Assembly: GCA_051362555.1 (NCBI GenBank)
Contig: CM120643.1
Location: 248,001 to 312,000, forward strand
Length of the DNA stretch: 64,000 nucleotides
Source: Lingula anatina
Taxonomy: Eukaryota > Animalia > Brachiopoda
Reading direction: 5' to 3'
In this document: piece after piece, positions 28,460 to 40,955 of the stretch
Layout of the letters: every line of letters begins with the position of its first letter
How positions within the stretch are numbered: the stretch's first letter is position 1
Position numbers and translations under genes: made by a program
Notes under the pieces: generated by a model
Database searches by the model: none
Told to the model about the DNA's origin: nothing
Seen by the model: only the letters and a program-made list of their open reading frames with translations

Positions 28460-31247
28460 TACACCCCTTCTTCAAAAGAATTCGTCCTCGAATTCTAAAA
28501 CTTTACAACATACGCTCCTTTTTCATTTTTTTTTAAAGCAAAGCAAATACTAAATAACACAAAATACTTAAATTAAAAAAACTTAAATGATAAGGTCACA
28601 GATATGTCATCAATTTTAATGTTATACGCAATGTTTGTCAGATTCTGCAAAATGAAATAAAATAATAATGAAAGAAAATAATGATTATCTTCCTTAAATA
28701 CTCCATTTCTACCACAAAGTCATGCAAAAATATAACTAAGAAAAGTAATTCTATATAATTAACTTATACATAAAATTAGAAACATATTCGACATGAAACA
28801 AAAATATAACCTGAAGGAAGATAATGTTATAAGTTTTTAAGAAAATGTAATTCTTCGTGGATATAGTTTGTATTGTCATTTACACCATTTAATGTGTGGC
28901 CCAAGAGCAAAGATACTTTTTATCAGTTTTCTCATGAGGATATCGAAATATTTTGCTCTCTTATTATGGCTCTGACACATCATATTATACAGTTTTCTCT
29001 TTCGGCTGTTATTAAAACATAGTAGGAATGTGCTACGTAAGACAATAGGGTTAGCTACTCCCTGTCCAATGAACAGCAATCACCACAACGTTGCGACCCG
29101 CGCATCGTTCATGATGAAGTACATATTCATCTTCATATTTGTCCACATTGTAGCTCTCCTCTGTGATGACTTATAAGAGAAACACTTGATCACATCAAAT
29201 TCAATCCACGAATTTTTATAAAATTATACCGATAAATAATTAAGTCGCAAAATGTGAGGATCTTCCTTAATGCATATCATCAGTTTCATGTCATCATTAT
29301 TAAAAACCAAATACACTTTTTATATAACAATAATCATCTGTTCAAATATTGATAACCAACAATCATAAGATCAATATGTAATATGTTTTTAACATGCAGT
29401 TACATTGTAAAGTAATTAAAATAAAGCATGCTAATAAATAATGACCATGGTTAACACACAATAAAATGTTCATTATTATATATCAAAGTACATAATGATT
29501 AAAAAAAAACATCGTAATATTTGTCAAGACTTACAAGTGTCATGTTAATTCCGTGCATCTCGCATACTCTCAATAATAATAATCTGAAATGTCTGAAATC
29601 ATTGAAGTAACAATAAGAATGAATCATAAAGTCATTCATATGTTGTGATCGTACACACACTTCTTACACCAAAAGTTCACTCGCAAAGATTAATGCGTAA
29701 AGTTTATTAAAGACACGTGTAGCAAGTCAAGTCAAATTCAGATTGGATTAAAATTAATCTGCATTATGATTATATGTTTCGAACTGAACATAGAAAAGTG
29801 CATTAGCATGTTTAATACGCAAAAATGCATAATATTCACTATTGAATAATTTTCAGGGTTTAAAAGCTGTGAAAAGTGACAATGGGATAACTCGTTCCAA
29901 AATAACGTTTTTGTTTATCATAATGTATATAATTGTCAAGCCATGTCAATGTTTTGACAGATGTAGTCTGTAGATACAAAAACTTAAATGAACTTGTCGA
30001 AATTATTATAGTTATTACTTCATTTTGTAATAAGAATGAATCTGTGGTCATAAGTTCCTTCGGCTTATTAATTGATTTTGTTGCGAAATTTTATGATCAC
30101 TACGGTAAAGTAAGCACTATATCGTTTACGTATACTTTTTTAAGTAAAGCCACTATTAATGCCAATTGTTTGTCCTTGATATACAGACCAAATTTCATTG
30201 TGAGCAATAAGCTCTATGTCTCGAATAAATTTAAACTAGTATTTGAGATTAATCATCTGTAGAAAATATTTCGTTTGTTAGAATAGCATCTGCCATACAA
30301 GTATAAATTTGCTCTTGTCTCTCTCTGTTGTTTGAGTCACTTTCATAATCTCAAATAATCACTAACATTATTGGCAAGAACATGAAGAAAAATTGTTGAA
30401 ATAAGGTTTATTAAATAAATCATTGCGTTTCATGTCGAAAATATGCATATTGAATGGAAATACTGCCACAAACCAATATTTATGTGATGTTGCTGTGCTA
30501 TCTTTAGTGTTGTTTTGACAACTTGACACTTGGTTGGAAAATAAAAAATTCATCTTAGTTCACACTGCAGTAGCAAAAAAAATTTGATTGACACATTAAT
30601 GACAACTATTTAAAGAGGTCGTTCTTCTAGGGCATTCCGGGGTAATGTCAGCGACTGACTTGTCAAAACATCTCGTCTTTATTTTGTCAGTTTACTATGC
30701 CTTCCATTATGATGTGGCGTTAACCTTGTGATAACTTGTATAACATCGTTCGGATGTAACGTTTACTCATATGAATAAAATCAATGTTCTTTGTTAAACA
30801 GTTCTTCAGAAACAAAATTGTCTACACTCAACACCGCTGAGCGTGCTGATGCTGCCACAACATTACAGTGAGAATTCATAGAATCATCATTTCAAAAGGT
30901 CAATGCTCTTGGTTTTTTTCCAGTGCATATCGCTTTAACTTCGCCTCTTTTAGAAAAAGATAGGAAATAAAATAGATAGAATAGATAAGAATACAGCAAA
31001 CCGGTTTGCGTTTAAGGTTCAGTTAAGCTGTATCACTCTTTTGTCCAAATTATACATTTGACCTTTGTGTACTCTTTTACAACGTGTAAGTGTAATATTT
31101 TTTTTATTTACCAGTGTATCGATTATCGAACTCGTCTCGAAGAGATGTGTTTCCTTTTTAATTTCTACGCTTTCTTCGTCTTCCTTGTAACGTCTTATTG
31201 ATATGATAATCTCTTTTTAATGCATCTGAAATATTTTCTTCAGGTTC

Positions 31248-34200
31248 CTAGGAAGTGTTCTTATAACCCTTCCATTTTACTTTGTAATGTCTCTTTGCGT
31301 TTATATTCTTACAACATAACAATTTTTCTACTTCATAATATTCGTACGCGTCTTGCTTACTGTCCGATGCAAGTTCCACTTTTTCTGTGTCATGAACGTC
31401 TCTATCTTGCGTTTCACTGGTCGTTTTATTCCCATTTGATTTGTTGTCTTGCTCATTATTACTTTCATTCAGCCTTTTATATTTATTGTAATCTTTAGGA
31501 TCATAATACATCTTCAATCTGTTTGCATGAACAGGCGATTTATGTTCCTTGTGTGTTTTACAATCTCTCAAATAATACGTGCAACCTGTTGATAATATCT
31601 TTGTAATGTAATATGGTCCTTTGTATTTGATGTACAATTTAGAACTTAATCCTTTAGGTGTCATTGGTGTATATATCCAAACTCTATCACCTACTTTATA
31701 AATCGGTTGCTTTGACTTTAGGTCATACCTTTCTTTATACTGTTTCTGAGTTGCTTCCCTATTCTTTGTTGCAATTTCTTTTGCCGTTTTAAGAGTATCT
31801 TTCAATTCTTCAATGTACTGAGGTAGATTTTTATTCTCATGACATTCAGGGATCAAATCACTATCCAATGGTGTACGCATTTCTCGTCCAAATACTAAAT
31901 AATAAGGAGAAAACTTTGTGGACTGAGTACAAGGAGTCGCAAGTAATGCCATCATTACTCCTGGAAGTATATCAGGCCAATTAGTTTGATCTTTCTCACA
32001 ATATGCTCTCAACGTTTGAGCAATTATTGAATTAGTTCTTTCACAGGCTGCGTTACTTTGTGGATGCCATGCACTAGTATGATAGCGCTTGATATGGAAT
32101 AATTCACACAACGACTGAATAATTTGAGACAAAAAATTCTTTCCTCGATCAGAAACGAGATATGACGGACAACCATATCTTGTAAACACCTCTCTGTAAA
32201 GAGTCTTGGCGATTTCTTCGGCTTCCTGAGTTTTCAAAGGTATTGCTTCAGCAAAATTGGAAAAAGAGCATGTTACTAACAAAATATACTTGTATCCTTC
32301 TTTTGATTTTATCAAAGGACCTAAAATGTCCATGTGCATTCTTTCAAACACGCCCGCGATGGGTAAAGGGTTCAAAGGTGCTGGAGCATCTCTACGTAAA
32401 TGTTTAACCTTTTGACACACTTCACATGATTTTACGTACTCCATGACGTCTTTATAAAGTGACTTCCAAAAATACTTATTCCTAATGGAGGCAAAAGTTC
32501 TATCACAACCTTGATGACCACCGGCTGTTAATGAATCATGATATGCATGTAAAACATCACTCCTTAGTGTTACTGGAATTGCTAATTGTCTTATTATTCT
32601 CATCTTTTCTGGCATTCCGCGTGTACGAGGTTGATACAGATGATACAAAATATCATCTATCATTACATATTGTTCTGATTCTGCAATGATTTTACGCGCT
32701 TGTTTCAAATCACTAGGTAAATCACTTTGTTCTAGGTAACGTATTATATCTTGAAACTCAGGGCATTCGCGTTGATCTTGTTTTAATTTCTCTTTTTCGT
32801 TTACATTTGTAATATCAACACTATTCATGTCATCATATTCACTTGAGTTATGTTCAATTCTTTTATCTGTTTGTTTTGGTAAGAAAAGTTTAGCTTGGGT
32901 CCAATGTTTATCTTGACACATGTCAATATGACCTTTTCTTAGCTGACTGTTGTTAACAGTATCCAAAACATTTACTGGTTCATATTCGCGTCTCGATAAT
33001 GCGTCAGCTGGGTTTGTTTTTCCAGGTCTGTGAATTATTTCAAAATCTAGGCCTTGTAATTTTAATGACCATCTGATAAGCCTGCCAGATGTATGTTTCA
33101 CATTTTGTAGCCACGAAATTGCTTTATTATCTGTATACACTTTGAAATGGTTGTTGGACAAATATTGTTCAAATTGCTTTATTCCTTCAATAACTGCCAA
33201 ACATTCTAATTCATGAATTGTGTAGTTCTTTTCCGCATTGTTCAAAGATCTTCCTCCATAGGCAATAACTCTATCATGGTTGTTGTCATTCTTTTGACCT
33301 AAGATATAACCTATAGCTATCGTAGACGCGTCTGTCGTTAGTGTAAACTCGCGCGACATATCTGGATAAGCCAGTATTGGTGGTGACATTAACGCTTCTT
33401 TTAGTGTTTGAAATGACGCTTCACATTCAGGACTCCATAGGAATTGTACGTCTTTCCTTAAAAGTTTATTTAAGGGATCTGCTATTTTACTAAAACCTTT
33501 TATAAATTTTCTGTAGAAGTTACACAACCCTAGAAAACTTCTTACATCTTTAACAACTTTTGGTGTTGGAAACGATTTTATGGCTTCAAGATTTTTCTCG
33601 TCTGGTCTTATTCCATTTTTATCAATTACATGACCTAAATATTTAGCTTTTGGTGTTGCAAACTTACATTTTGATGGTTTAAGTCTGAGATTTGCAGATC
33701 TTAGTTTTTGAAATACTTGATTTAAATGTTTTAAATGATCTTCAAATGTCTTACTCATGACCAAAATATCATCTATGTATATCAGTATTGTTTTCCAATT
33801 CATGTCTCTGAAAATGTGACTCATTAATGCCTGGAAACTAACACCGGCGTTACGAAAGCCATACGCTAAACGTAAGAATTGGAAGTGACCATGGTGTGTG
33901 ATGAAAGCAGTCTTGTGTTTAGTTTCAGGGTCAAGAGGTAATTGCCAGTATGCACCTGCCATATCTAAACTAGAGAAGTATCTAGCACCTGATGTACCTA
34001 TCGTTTCAAATATATCTTCTAAACGTGGAAGTGGCCAATGCATGGGTTTTGTGACTTTGTTCAACTTCCGGTAGTCAATCGCGAATCTGTATTCTGTATT
34101 TTTCTTTTTTACAAGTACTACTGGACTACTGTACTCACTCATGCTTTCTTCGATTATACCGTGTTGTAACATTTCGTCTACTTGTTTGACAATTTCATCT

Positions 34201-36170
34201 TTCAGCTTCGGTGACGTACGATAAAATGTTTGTTTAACAGGGATATCATTAATTGTGTCAATCCTATGTTGATACAAATTTGCTGAACCTAATTCTGATA
34301 GATTGGTAGCAAAAACTTCACGATTACGTCCTAACAAAATTTTCAGCTGTTGTTTCTGATCTTCACTCATGTCTGAATCGGCCAAGTTTAAATTTAACTC
34401 ATCTGCATTCCGCAATGCTTCTTGATCTGATAACCTATCACCTTTTTGTGCTGTATCTCCTTCTGACATTTCATTTAAAGCACTGACGCTTGCCAGACTC
34501 ACTGAACTCGCAACAGCTAATATTGTTCTTTTGGGAATGAAAATACTTTCATCGCTAGGGTTCATTACTCTGTAAGCAGATTTATTTTTATCAATAGAAA
34601 CTAAACATTTTGCTCCAATAAGTTTTTTCTTTGACTCAAGCTTTCGTACTGGTTCTAGTAAAGCTACTGAAACAGAGGAAGAATGTGATATTTTCACTGG
34701 TATTAAGCATTCACATCTGGGAGGAATAAATTCTGATTTAAAGTTACGCACTAAACCTAATACAGGTGGACTATACAAAGGTAAGAGCAAATTATAATCA
34801 GGCAATGCTATGCTATCAGACGATAAATCAATTTTTACATTGTGTTTTCTTAAGAAATCTGTGCCTAATATCAAACCTCTTGGCAATTGACTAAATACGT
34901 GGACTTTATGTTTTATGATCACATCTCCAAAACAAAGAGGTAACTCTACTTTTCCCAGAACTTTAATCACAGATCCATCAACAACTGAAACTTCTTTTAA
35001 TGACGGTTTTTCGTATGAATTTCGATCCTTTTTTCCTAATTTTGATAAAAGAGATTCCGATACACAAGATATGACGGCACCTGTGTCAACCAAAGCATTG
35101 ACATGTTGTTTGTCGATTTGAATTGATACTAGATTACTAGCTTGGTAATCGGAAATAATAGAAATTGGCACTTTCCTATCTTCAATCTTGTTATAAAACC
35201 TTTTTCTTTTTCTTAATTGTTTGTTTACACGTGCAGAATGACAGACTTTTGCTACATGTCCTATTTTACCACAACAATTACAGTTAAGATTGCGAGCAAA
35301 ACAATTAGTTCTGAGATGTGTGTACTCACCGCATCCCTGACACAGCGACCATTTTCTTATTGGATTTCGTTGTTGAGGATAGTTCGTATGTCCAGATGAT
35401 GTTAATGTGTACTCTGAGCGTCGCAGATACCTGCTGCGTTGTGGTATACTTCTGGGACCTATGGTGTTGGGAGTGAATTTTCCTGGATACTCTGTAGGGT
35501 TCGCTCTTGGATTTTCAAAGTTTGCTTCATTTCTAGTCTCACTTGGGTCTTGCAATAGATGGATTGCAGATTGTGCATTGACGGCGTCTTTAATTGAACT
35601 CTGAAGAGTGTCTATTTTCTCTGTTATCATTTTTATCATTTTTATGTCATTTCGTTGACCTCTTCTCGTCGGCTGAACTGCGTTTTCTGCAATGCGCGCG
35701 TTGTGCATAAGAGAATCAAAGTCAGAGGGCTCCTTTTGCAATACAAATGGGCGGATTTCGGGTAGTAACCCATTCATTACCACTGTAAAGGCTGTTTTCT
35801 CATCTAAACGCGCACGTTTGGCGTCGTGACGCATCGACTCAATATAACTCTGTACTGGTTCTTCTGGCAGCTGTTGACGTCTGAAAAAAACTGAGGCTTT
35901 CTCCCAAGTTTCTCCGGATTTCAGTTCATATCGCTGTCGGAACTCGCGGACTAGCGATTTCCAGTCTTTCTGTATTTCCACTGTTAAACACTCGTACCAG
36001 TTTAACACTGTTTGATTAAGTAAGAGAGGAAATAAGGCGGTGATTTGTTCATCTTCTAGTTTTTTATACTGCGTATAATTTTCAAATTGATTTAACCACC
36101 TTTCGACATCTTCGTTTGTGTTACCAGTAAACTTTTCTGGTGCTAAAGTCAAATATGACAACATCTTCAT
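31248..36170 (-). CDS. Gypsy gag-pol polyprotein (Gag with two CCHC knuckles, protease, RT, RNase H, integrase, GPY/F, truncated chromodomain)
   Basis: 1640-aa ORF: CxxCGKIGHVAKVC, LVDTGA, YIDD, TTDAS, H..GHQG..CEVC, VSDRG, GPY, YEVEKLL..YKVKWKGY. Confidence 0.97.
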   Translation of the reverse strand: MKMLSYLTLAPEKFTGNTNEDVERWLNQFENYTQYKKLEDEQITALFPLLLNQTVLNWYECLTVEIQKDWKSLVREFRQRYELKSGETWEKASVFFRRQQLPEEPVQSYIESMRHDAKRARLDEKTAFTVVMNGLLPEIRPFVLQKEPSDFDSLMHNARIAENAVQPTRRGQRNDIKMIKMITEKIDTLQSSIKDAVNAQSAIHLLQDPSETRNEANFENPRANPTEYPGKFTPNTIGPRSIPQRSRYLRRSEYTLTSSGHTNYPQQRNPIRKWSLCQGCGEYTHLRTNCFARNLNCNCCGKIGHVAKVCHSARVNKQLRKRKRFYNKIEDRKVPISIISDYQASNLVSIQIDKQHVNALVDTGAVISCVSESLLSKLGKKDRNSYEKPSLKEVSVVDGSVIKVLGKVELPLCFGDVIIKHKVHVFSQLPRGLILGTDFLRKHNVKIDLSSDSIALPDYNLLLPLYSPPVLGLVRNFKSEFIPPRCECLIPVKISHSSSVSVALLEPVRKLESKKKLIGAKCLVSIDKNKSAYRVMNPSDESIFIPKRTILAVASSVSLASVSALNEMSEGDTAQKGDRLSDQEALRNADELNLNLADSDMSEDQKQQLKILLGRNREVFATNLSELGSANLYQHRIDTINDIPVKQTFYRTSPKLKDEIVKQVDEMLQHGIIEESMSEYSSPVVLVKKKNTEYRFAIDYRKLNKVTKPMHWPLPRLEDIFETIGTSGARYFSSLDMAGAYWQLPLDPETKHKTAFITHHGHFQFLRLAYGFRNAGVSFQALMSHIFRDMNWKTILIYIDDILVMSKTFEDHLKHLNQVFQKLRSANLRLKPSKCKFATPKAKYLGHVIDKNGIRPDEKNLEAIKSFPTPKVVKDVRSFLGLCNFYRKFIKGFSKIADPLNKLLRKDVQFLWSPECEASFQTLKEALMSPPILAYPDMSREFTLTTDASTIAIGYILGQKNDNNHDRVIAYGGRSLNNAEKNYTIHELECLAVIEGIKQFEQYLSNNHFKVYTDNKAISWLQNVKHTSGRLIRWSLKLQGLDFEIIHRPGKTNPADALSRREYEPVNVLDTVNNSQLRKGHIDMCQDKHWTQAKLFLPKQTDKRIEHNSSEYDDMNSVDITNVNEKEKLKQDQRECPEFQDIIRYLEQSDLPSDLKQARKIIAESEQYVMIDDILYHLYQPRTRGMPEKMRIIRQLAIPVTLRSDVLHAYHDSLTAGGHQGCDRTFASIRNKYFWKSLYKDVMEYVKSCEVCQKVKHLRRDAPAPLNPLPIAGVFERMHMDILGPLIKSKEGYKYILLVTCSFSNFAEAIPLKTQEAEEIAKTLYREVFTRYGCPSYLVSDRGKNFLSQIIQSLCELFHIKRYHTSAWHPQSNAACERTNSIIAQTLRAYCEKDQTNWPDILPGVMMALLATPCTQSTKFSPYYLVFGREMRTPLDSDLIPECHENKNLPQYIEELKDTLKTAKEIATKNREATQKQYKERYDLKSKQPIYKVGDRVWIYTPMTPKGLSSKLYIKYKGPYYITKILSTGCTYYLRDCKTHKEHKSPVHANRLKMYYDPKDYNKYKRLNESNNEQDNKSNGNKTTSETQDRDVHDTEKVELASDSKQDAYEYYEVEKLLCCKNINAKRHYKVKWKGYKNTS

Positions 36171-36385
36171 TTTTTTTCAGTTATTAATTGTTGCTAGGGT
36201 AATGACTTTTGGCGATTTTCAATACCCAGCATACCCAGTTTTCGCTGCACTGGGGCACTGACGATGTTTGCCTCTGAGTGGATGGTGTGAACCCTTCGGT
36301 GTGAACCCTGCTGCCGTCATCACCATAACTGTATCAACGTTCTGCTTGCCTCGGTAGAGCAGGGATCGATTTTTCCTCCACCACT

Positions 36386-36915
36386 TGTTATAGTGAGAAA
36401 TGACGACAGCAGTTTGGAGCTTCCGAACGTTTATTCACCGACTCTCTCTTCATACAACTTCACAAATATTTATACTCAATTTCTCCGTACTGATCACGCA
36501 TTTACTTGTTTTCTTTTCCATTGTCTTTGCGTGATTACAAAATATTTTCCATTCTCATGTTGCAAGTCACTATGCGACATTTCCTTATTAGGTAATCCTT
36601 AAGGGACTTGTTTTCAATTAAAGATATCTAAAATATTATTTGGATTACTCATACTTGGATCTTATCCAAAACTCAGTTATCATGTGATAAATAGATGATC
36701 AAAATTAAAATATGTTATGAAATTAACCAATCACATTAACTGTTACTGACTTTGACCTTTTCCATCTTTTTCTGACACTAAAAACATGTTCTACACTTGT
36801 TGACTCTTGGAGAAACTTAACTTTCACTCAATAACTCTTTGTCTTTTTACTCTTTTGATTCCGCTTTAATTGCTATCTGTAATTAGTGAAAGTGTAAGTA
36901 ATTTGCTTTACAACA
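36386..36915 (-). repeat. 5' LTR
   Basis: Near-identical to 27930-28459; the adjacent ctccacca at 36376-36383 is a tRNA-Ala-like PBS on the minus strand. Confidence 0.95.
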
Positions 36916-38503
36916 CTGCTATAGAATTAGTGAACGTTGCAGTGAATTTTTAAACTGGGATTAACGTCGTTTATGGTATGTACAGCCTGATAACCCTCAA
37001 AACAAAAAGAATCAAAAACAAAACTTAATTTCATATTTAACGCGTAACCTGAAAGATTATTTGTATTAATATGTTGTCAGATACCACAGTCTTTTTCAAG
37101 ACACCGAAAAGTCACTATCATGTTGAAAAACATCAAAACCAATAAATAACTTTTAGAATGGACATGGCATAAGCATCCAGAGATGAAGAAAGTATATATT
37201 TTTATTTGCACCGTTGAAAACTAGAGATTTGTGCACAAAGGCTGCTTAAAATGGGTAAACTACATCAGCTTAATCATGGCGCTTATATGCGATAGAGTGC
37301 ATTATACTGAAAATGAAAATAATCCATGTTTACTTTATTAATCGACTTTGAAAAAGGCATCAAGTATTAGAAATAATCAAATTAAAAACCCTATCTTAAC
37401 ACAGTAGTTGTTTAGGAATGTAAATCAGTTTTAAAATACAATTGGATCAATATATATGCATGTTCGTTACCACATGGAGATGATAAGATGAGTGCAGAAA
37501 TTCAAGCAAATAAAGTGATGGATAACATCTGTAATATCTGAAAGAATAAGTTTAAAGGGAAAAATAATATAATATATAACGGATTTCTTTGATTTTTATA
37601 TTATTTTATCTTCCCTGTATGTTTTTCAATTCAAATGCGAACAATGAAAATGCCACACATTAAGATTTTTTACCCATTATTGTCCCAGAGTCCCATATAT
37701 TGGACGCAGATACACGGTATTTCTACAAATAATCACTATAATATGTAAATTTTTAGTAAGACATCAAATTCTATATTGAAACTTGGGTATATATTGCAAT
37801 ACTGCGTAATTTTATTTTAAAAAGAACATATTCATCTTTAACTTAACACCTTTCTTGTGGACAAGTTTCCTTTCGGCAAAAAAAATGTCTGCTTAGATTA
37901 AAATAATTGAAAAACAAAAAAAAAAAGAAAAATATGAGGCTGAAAATGTACAAAATCCAATACAAGTCATTTCTTTAGCTATTGGCTGTACTTAGTTTTA
38001 TGTTAGTGTTGTAATATGGCAATTATAATAGATTTACTAAGCGTCCGGTGGGATTAAACTGGTTAAATAGAGAAGTGTACAATTATTCAAACCAATAGCA
38101 GGTGCCCGCTCTCTCCCAAATACACGTGCACGACCCATTACTAGTAGGTGACTGGACATGCTGTTTACTGATGTTTACTAATGCTACTGTGCGCGGGATT
38201 TTGTTCCACTTTGCTCATGAGGCCCTCTTCATTGAATGCAGATATCTGGTTCCTAAGACCAATCAGTGTCAGTGTCCCTGGCATGACGTCAGCTATACTT
38301 ATGTGAAATCCAGATCCCGTCAACATAGCATAAAGTAACGTATCGTAATGTGACGTAACGTGACGTAACCTAACATAACTGGAAATGGAATTTTCTCAAA
38401 TGTGACCGTCATTATGAGCAACGTCTCTGCAATGTATAATTAGCTACCTATACTCTAGTATACCTCTTTAACAATATATCATGAAATAGGTTTTTGTCAC
38501 CAG

Positions 38504-38731
38504 GGTTTACACAGCGATTCCGGCAATTATGTGCAACAGTGGCGGTTCCAGTTTACCGGCAGCGAGTAGCTATTGTTGGACCTTCTGCTGTGGGGAAGAC
38601 TCATCTCGCCAAGCGCCTCATCCAGGAGGAATGTGACGAGGAAACAGACGCGTGTACACCAGGCTTGAAGATATACCGTCACAGGTGTATCGTCCACAAA
38701 GCCGGTCAATCATGTTGGGTCAAAGGAAAAG
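38504..38731 (+). CDS. Roc GTPase exon with P-loop
   Basis: RVAIVGPSAVGKTHLAKRL..CTPGLKI (G1 and G2/switch I); phase 1-1. Confidence 0.85.
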
Positions 38732-39289
38732 GTAAAGAGGGTATGACACTTAAGTGCATCAAGGGCATAACAACGGAATGCAAAAATTATATGCCATTTT
38801 ACTTCAAACCCATCAGTGATGAATTGAAGGTATGCTGTCTACGTTTGAAAACGACAAAAACCTTAAGCACCCCTAGTACTCGTAAATATCTTTTTAGGTT
38901 ATTCGGCAAATTTCTTCGAATACAACTACGATACTGTCATTTCCGAGGAACCTTGGTCTTCTTAATATTCTTGTGAAACTTAGTCTGGTTTAATCTGTAA
39001 ACAATAAAGTGTGTAAAGCTGAAGCTTGATTGGCCATACCTTTACTTAGGAAAGGATACATTTAGATTCGCTAGTCAAAATAGAAACGCAGAGTTTTACA
39101 TCTATGGTTTTAATACATTTTTCATAAAATATGGTTGGATAAATGGTAGTGTATTGTTCAGTAACATGTGTGCACTTCCATGGATGCAATACAGGCTAAT
39201 AACATCCTCCTCTAACACCGTACGTGACTCCGAATACAGACCCGGGGCATCCTTTTCCATTCTTCCACTAGTGCTGCTCTTAACTCTAT

Positions 39290-39420
39290 GACGGTGCACC
39301 TCTGTGGCGCTGGAAGGCTGTGGCTGGCGGTAATGAAGTCATCAGCCCAGCACATCACAGATATGCTCAATTGGAGGCACGCCTTGGATGAACTCTGGCC
39401 ACGGTGACAACTTGGGCTTT
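39290..39420 (-). mobile_element. Degenerate Tc1 transposase fragment
   Basis: PWP....PPIEHICDVLG resembles the WPxxSPDLxPIEHxWDxL motif. Confidence 0.5.
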
Positions 39421-39565
39421 TTCATGCATAAATGAAACAGTAGTTTTCTATAGATTAGATGTGCTTTTTTGGCCAATTTGAGCATTGTGGTCATAACAAA
39501 ATCCTGCATTTCTTTCTTTTTTGGGGGAGGGGATAGATTATACGGTATAAATTGTATTTTCTCAG

Positions 39566-39718
39566 ATGATCCAGAAGTCCAATTTGTACAACAAGTGGCA
39601 ATTGGAATACAGAAACCAGAGACATTTTCCCAGACAGTCCAAGCGGACTTACCGCCATCAGCGGAATCCCGAGAGTTGGAAGAGGATGTTTGGGACGCCA
39701 CGCAGCAAGCACAGACAG
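39566..39718 (+). CDS. Insert exon within the Roc domain
   Basis: ctcag|AT..ACAG|gtgc, phase 1-1, open frame DDPEVQFVQQVAIGIQ..AQT. Confidence 0.7.
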
Positions 39719-39786
39719 GTGCACGTTTGTCTTAATAGCTTATTGTGTGATTGGAATCAGACATTTATATTTAATTTCATAAATTA

Positions 39787-40110
39787 AAGGGATAATAACT
39801 CTACGTTCTGGCCAAAAATGAATTTTCCTGGAGAAGACAACAATTTTCCCATACTAACCAATGGTTAATGAATCCATTTTTACATTCAAAGTTAGTCCCT
39901 GGTTTTTTTCTAAAAAGTTTTGGTGTTTGTTAAAATCTCTTAAGAGATTAGCCATCAAAGGAGGTCACGTGGTCTAAAGACAAGCCCAGATATCAGAATA
40001 ATAGCTGTAAGTGTCGTTTTTGTGGTAAAACAGAATGTTTTATATTTCTATGAGTTATTCACAATGTTTTTATTGTGAAATATAGATCTCACACGAAGAG
40101 TTATTATCCC
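39787..40110. mobile_element. TTAA-associated MITE (Kolobok-like termini); second copy inverted at 60296-60626
   Basis: TIR agggataataactc(t)tcgt ... cgaagagttattatccc after TTAA; the interior is the reverse complement of 60296-60626. Confidence 0.75.
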
Positions 40111-40170
40111 ATATTCCATATATTACAGTCATTATAACATATTTTGTGGTAACAGGCAGGCCATTATCTA

Positions 40171-40955
40171 CACACGCTGGACAATAGAAGTGTCACCCCC
40201 TAACTCAGAGTAATATAAGTAGGCAGATCTTGGGTAGTTATAATGCCTGGTCTACTTATAATGTGACTAATGAGTATAAAATAACTATACCATGGAATTG
40301 TATTGTTGGTCTTGTACATATTCAGCAAATGTTATTCCTGTCTTCCTCCAATATGACAAGATACAGGCAATTATCTAACGGTTATAGGTGCAAGTTATTA
40401 ACCTGAAAAGGCGGAATATAAACCATGTCAGAATATCGATACAATTGAATTGTTCAGTCAGAACCGTGCAGAGGGTCTGGTCTCGGTACAGAAACACTGG
40501 ATCAAGAGACAAATTGCCTCTGATGATTGGTTTGACCAAGAGGACATTCGCAGGGTGATGTGGCCTGCCCAGAGTCCGGATGCAAACATAATAGAAAATG
40601 TGTGGAATGATATGTCAAAACTTTTGACAAATGCCCGTCTAACCAGCAGAGAAACTCTGTTATATTCAGTGTTTCATGCTTGGGCCAGCATAAGCCCTGA
40701 ACGCAACAGACAATTATATGAATCCTTGCCTCGTAGACTGGCACCTATTATTAGGTCACGTGGCTATGCCACTAAGTACTAATTTTGGACTTGAAACTGC
40801 ATATTTTGGTAGAATGTATATTTTGTTCTCATTTTGTGATTTTTTGTGAAATTTGATGTTACTAAAATGATACCAGGAGCATATCATTCCGCGGTCATTT
40901 ATCTCCCCCATAGTATTGGTTCGGTAGGGGTGACACTTCTATTGTCCAGTGTGTG
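40171..40955 (+). mobile_element. Internally deleted Tc1/mariner element
   Basis: About 29-bp TIRs cacac(g/a)ctggacaatagaagtgtcacccc, TA TSDs, transposase C-terminus WPAQSPDANIIENVW..LPRRLAPIIRSRGYATKY at 40450-40782. Confidence 0.92.

Larger units (their letters stand above)
27930..36915 (-). mobile_element. Full-length, very recent Ty3/Gypsy LTR retrotransposon with chromodomain integrase, inserted antisense in the intron after the TIR exon
   Basis: 530-bp TG..CA LTRs at 27930-28459 and 36386-36915, with one mismatch seen by eye. 4-bp TSD ctgc. PBS TGGTGGAG next to the 5' LTR and PPT GAAGAAGGGGTGTA next to the 3' LTR. Confidence 0.97.

Noticed and set aside
30550-31000. Possible env gene downstream of pol
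   Set aside because: Multiple stops in the frames examined; no convincing signal peptide, furin site or transmembrane segment.
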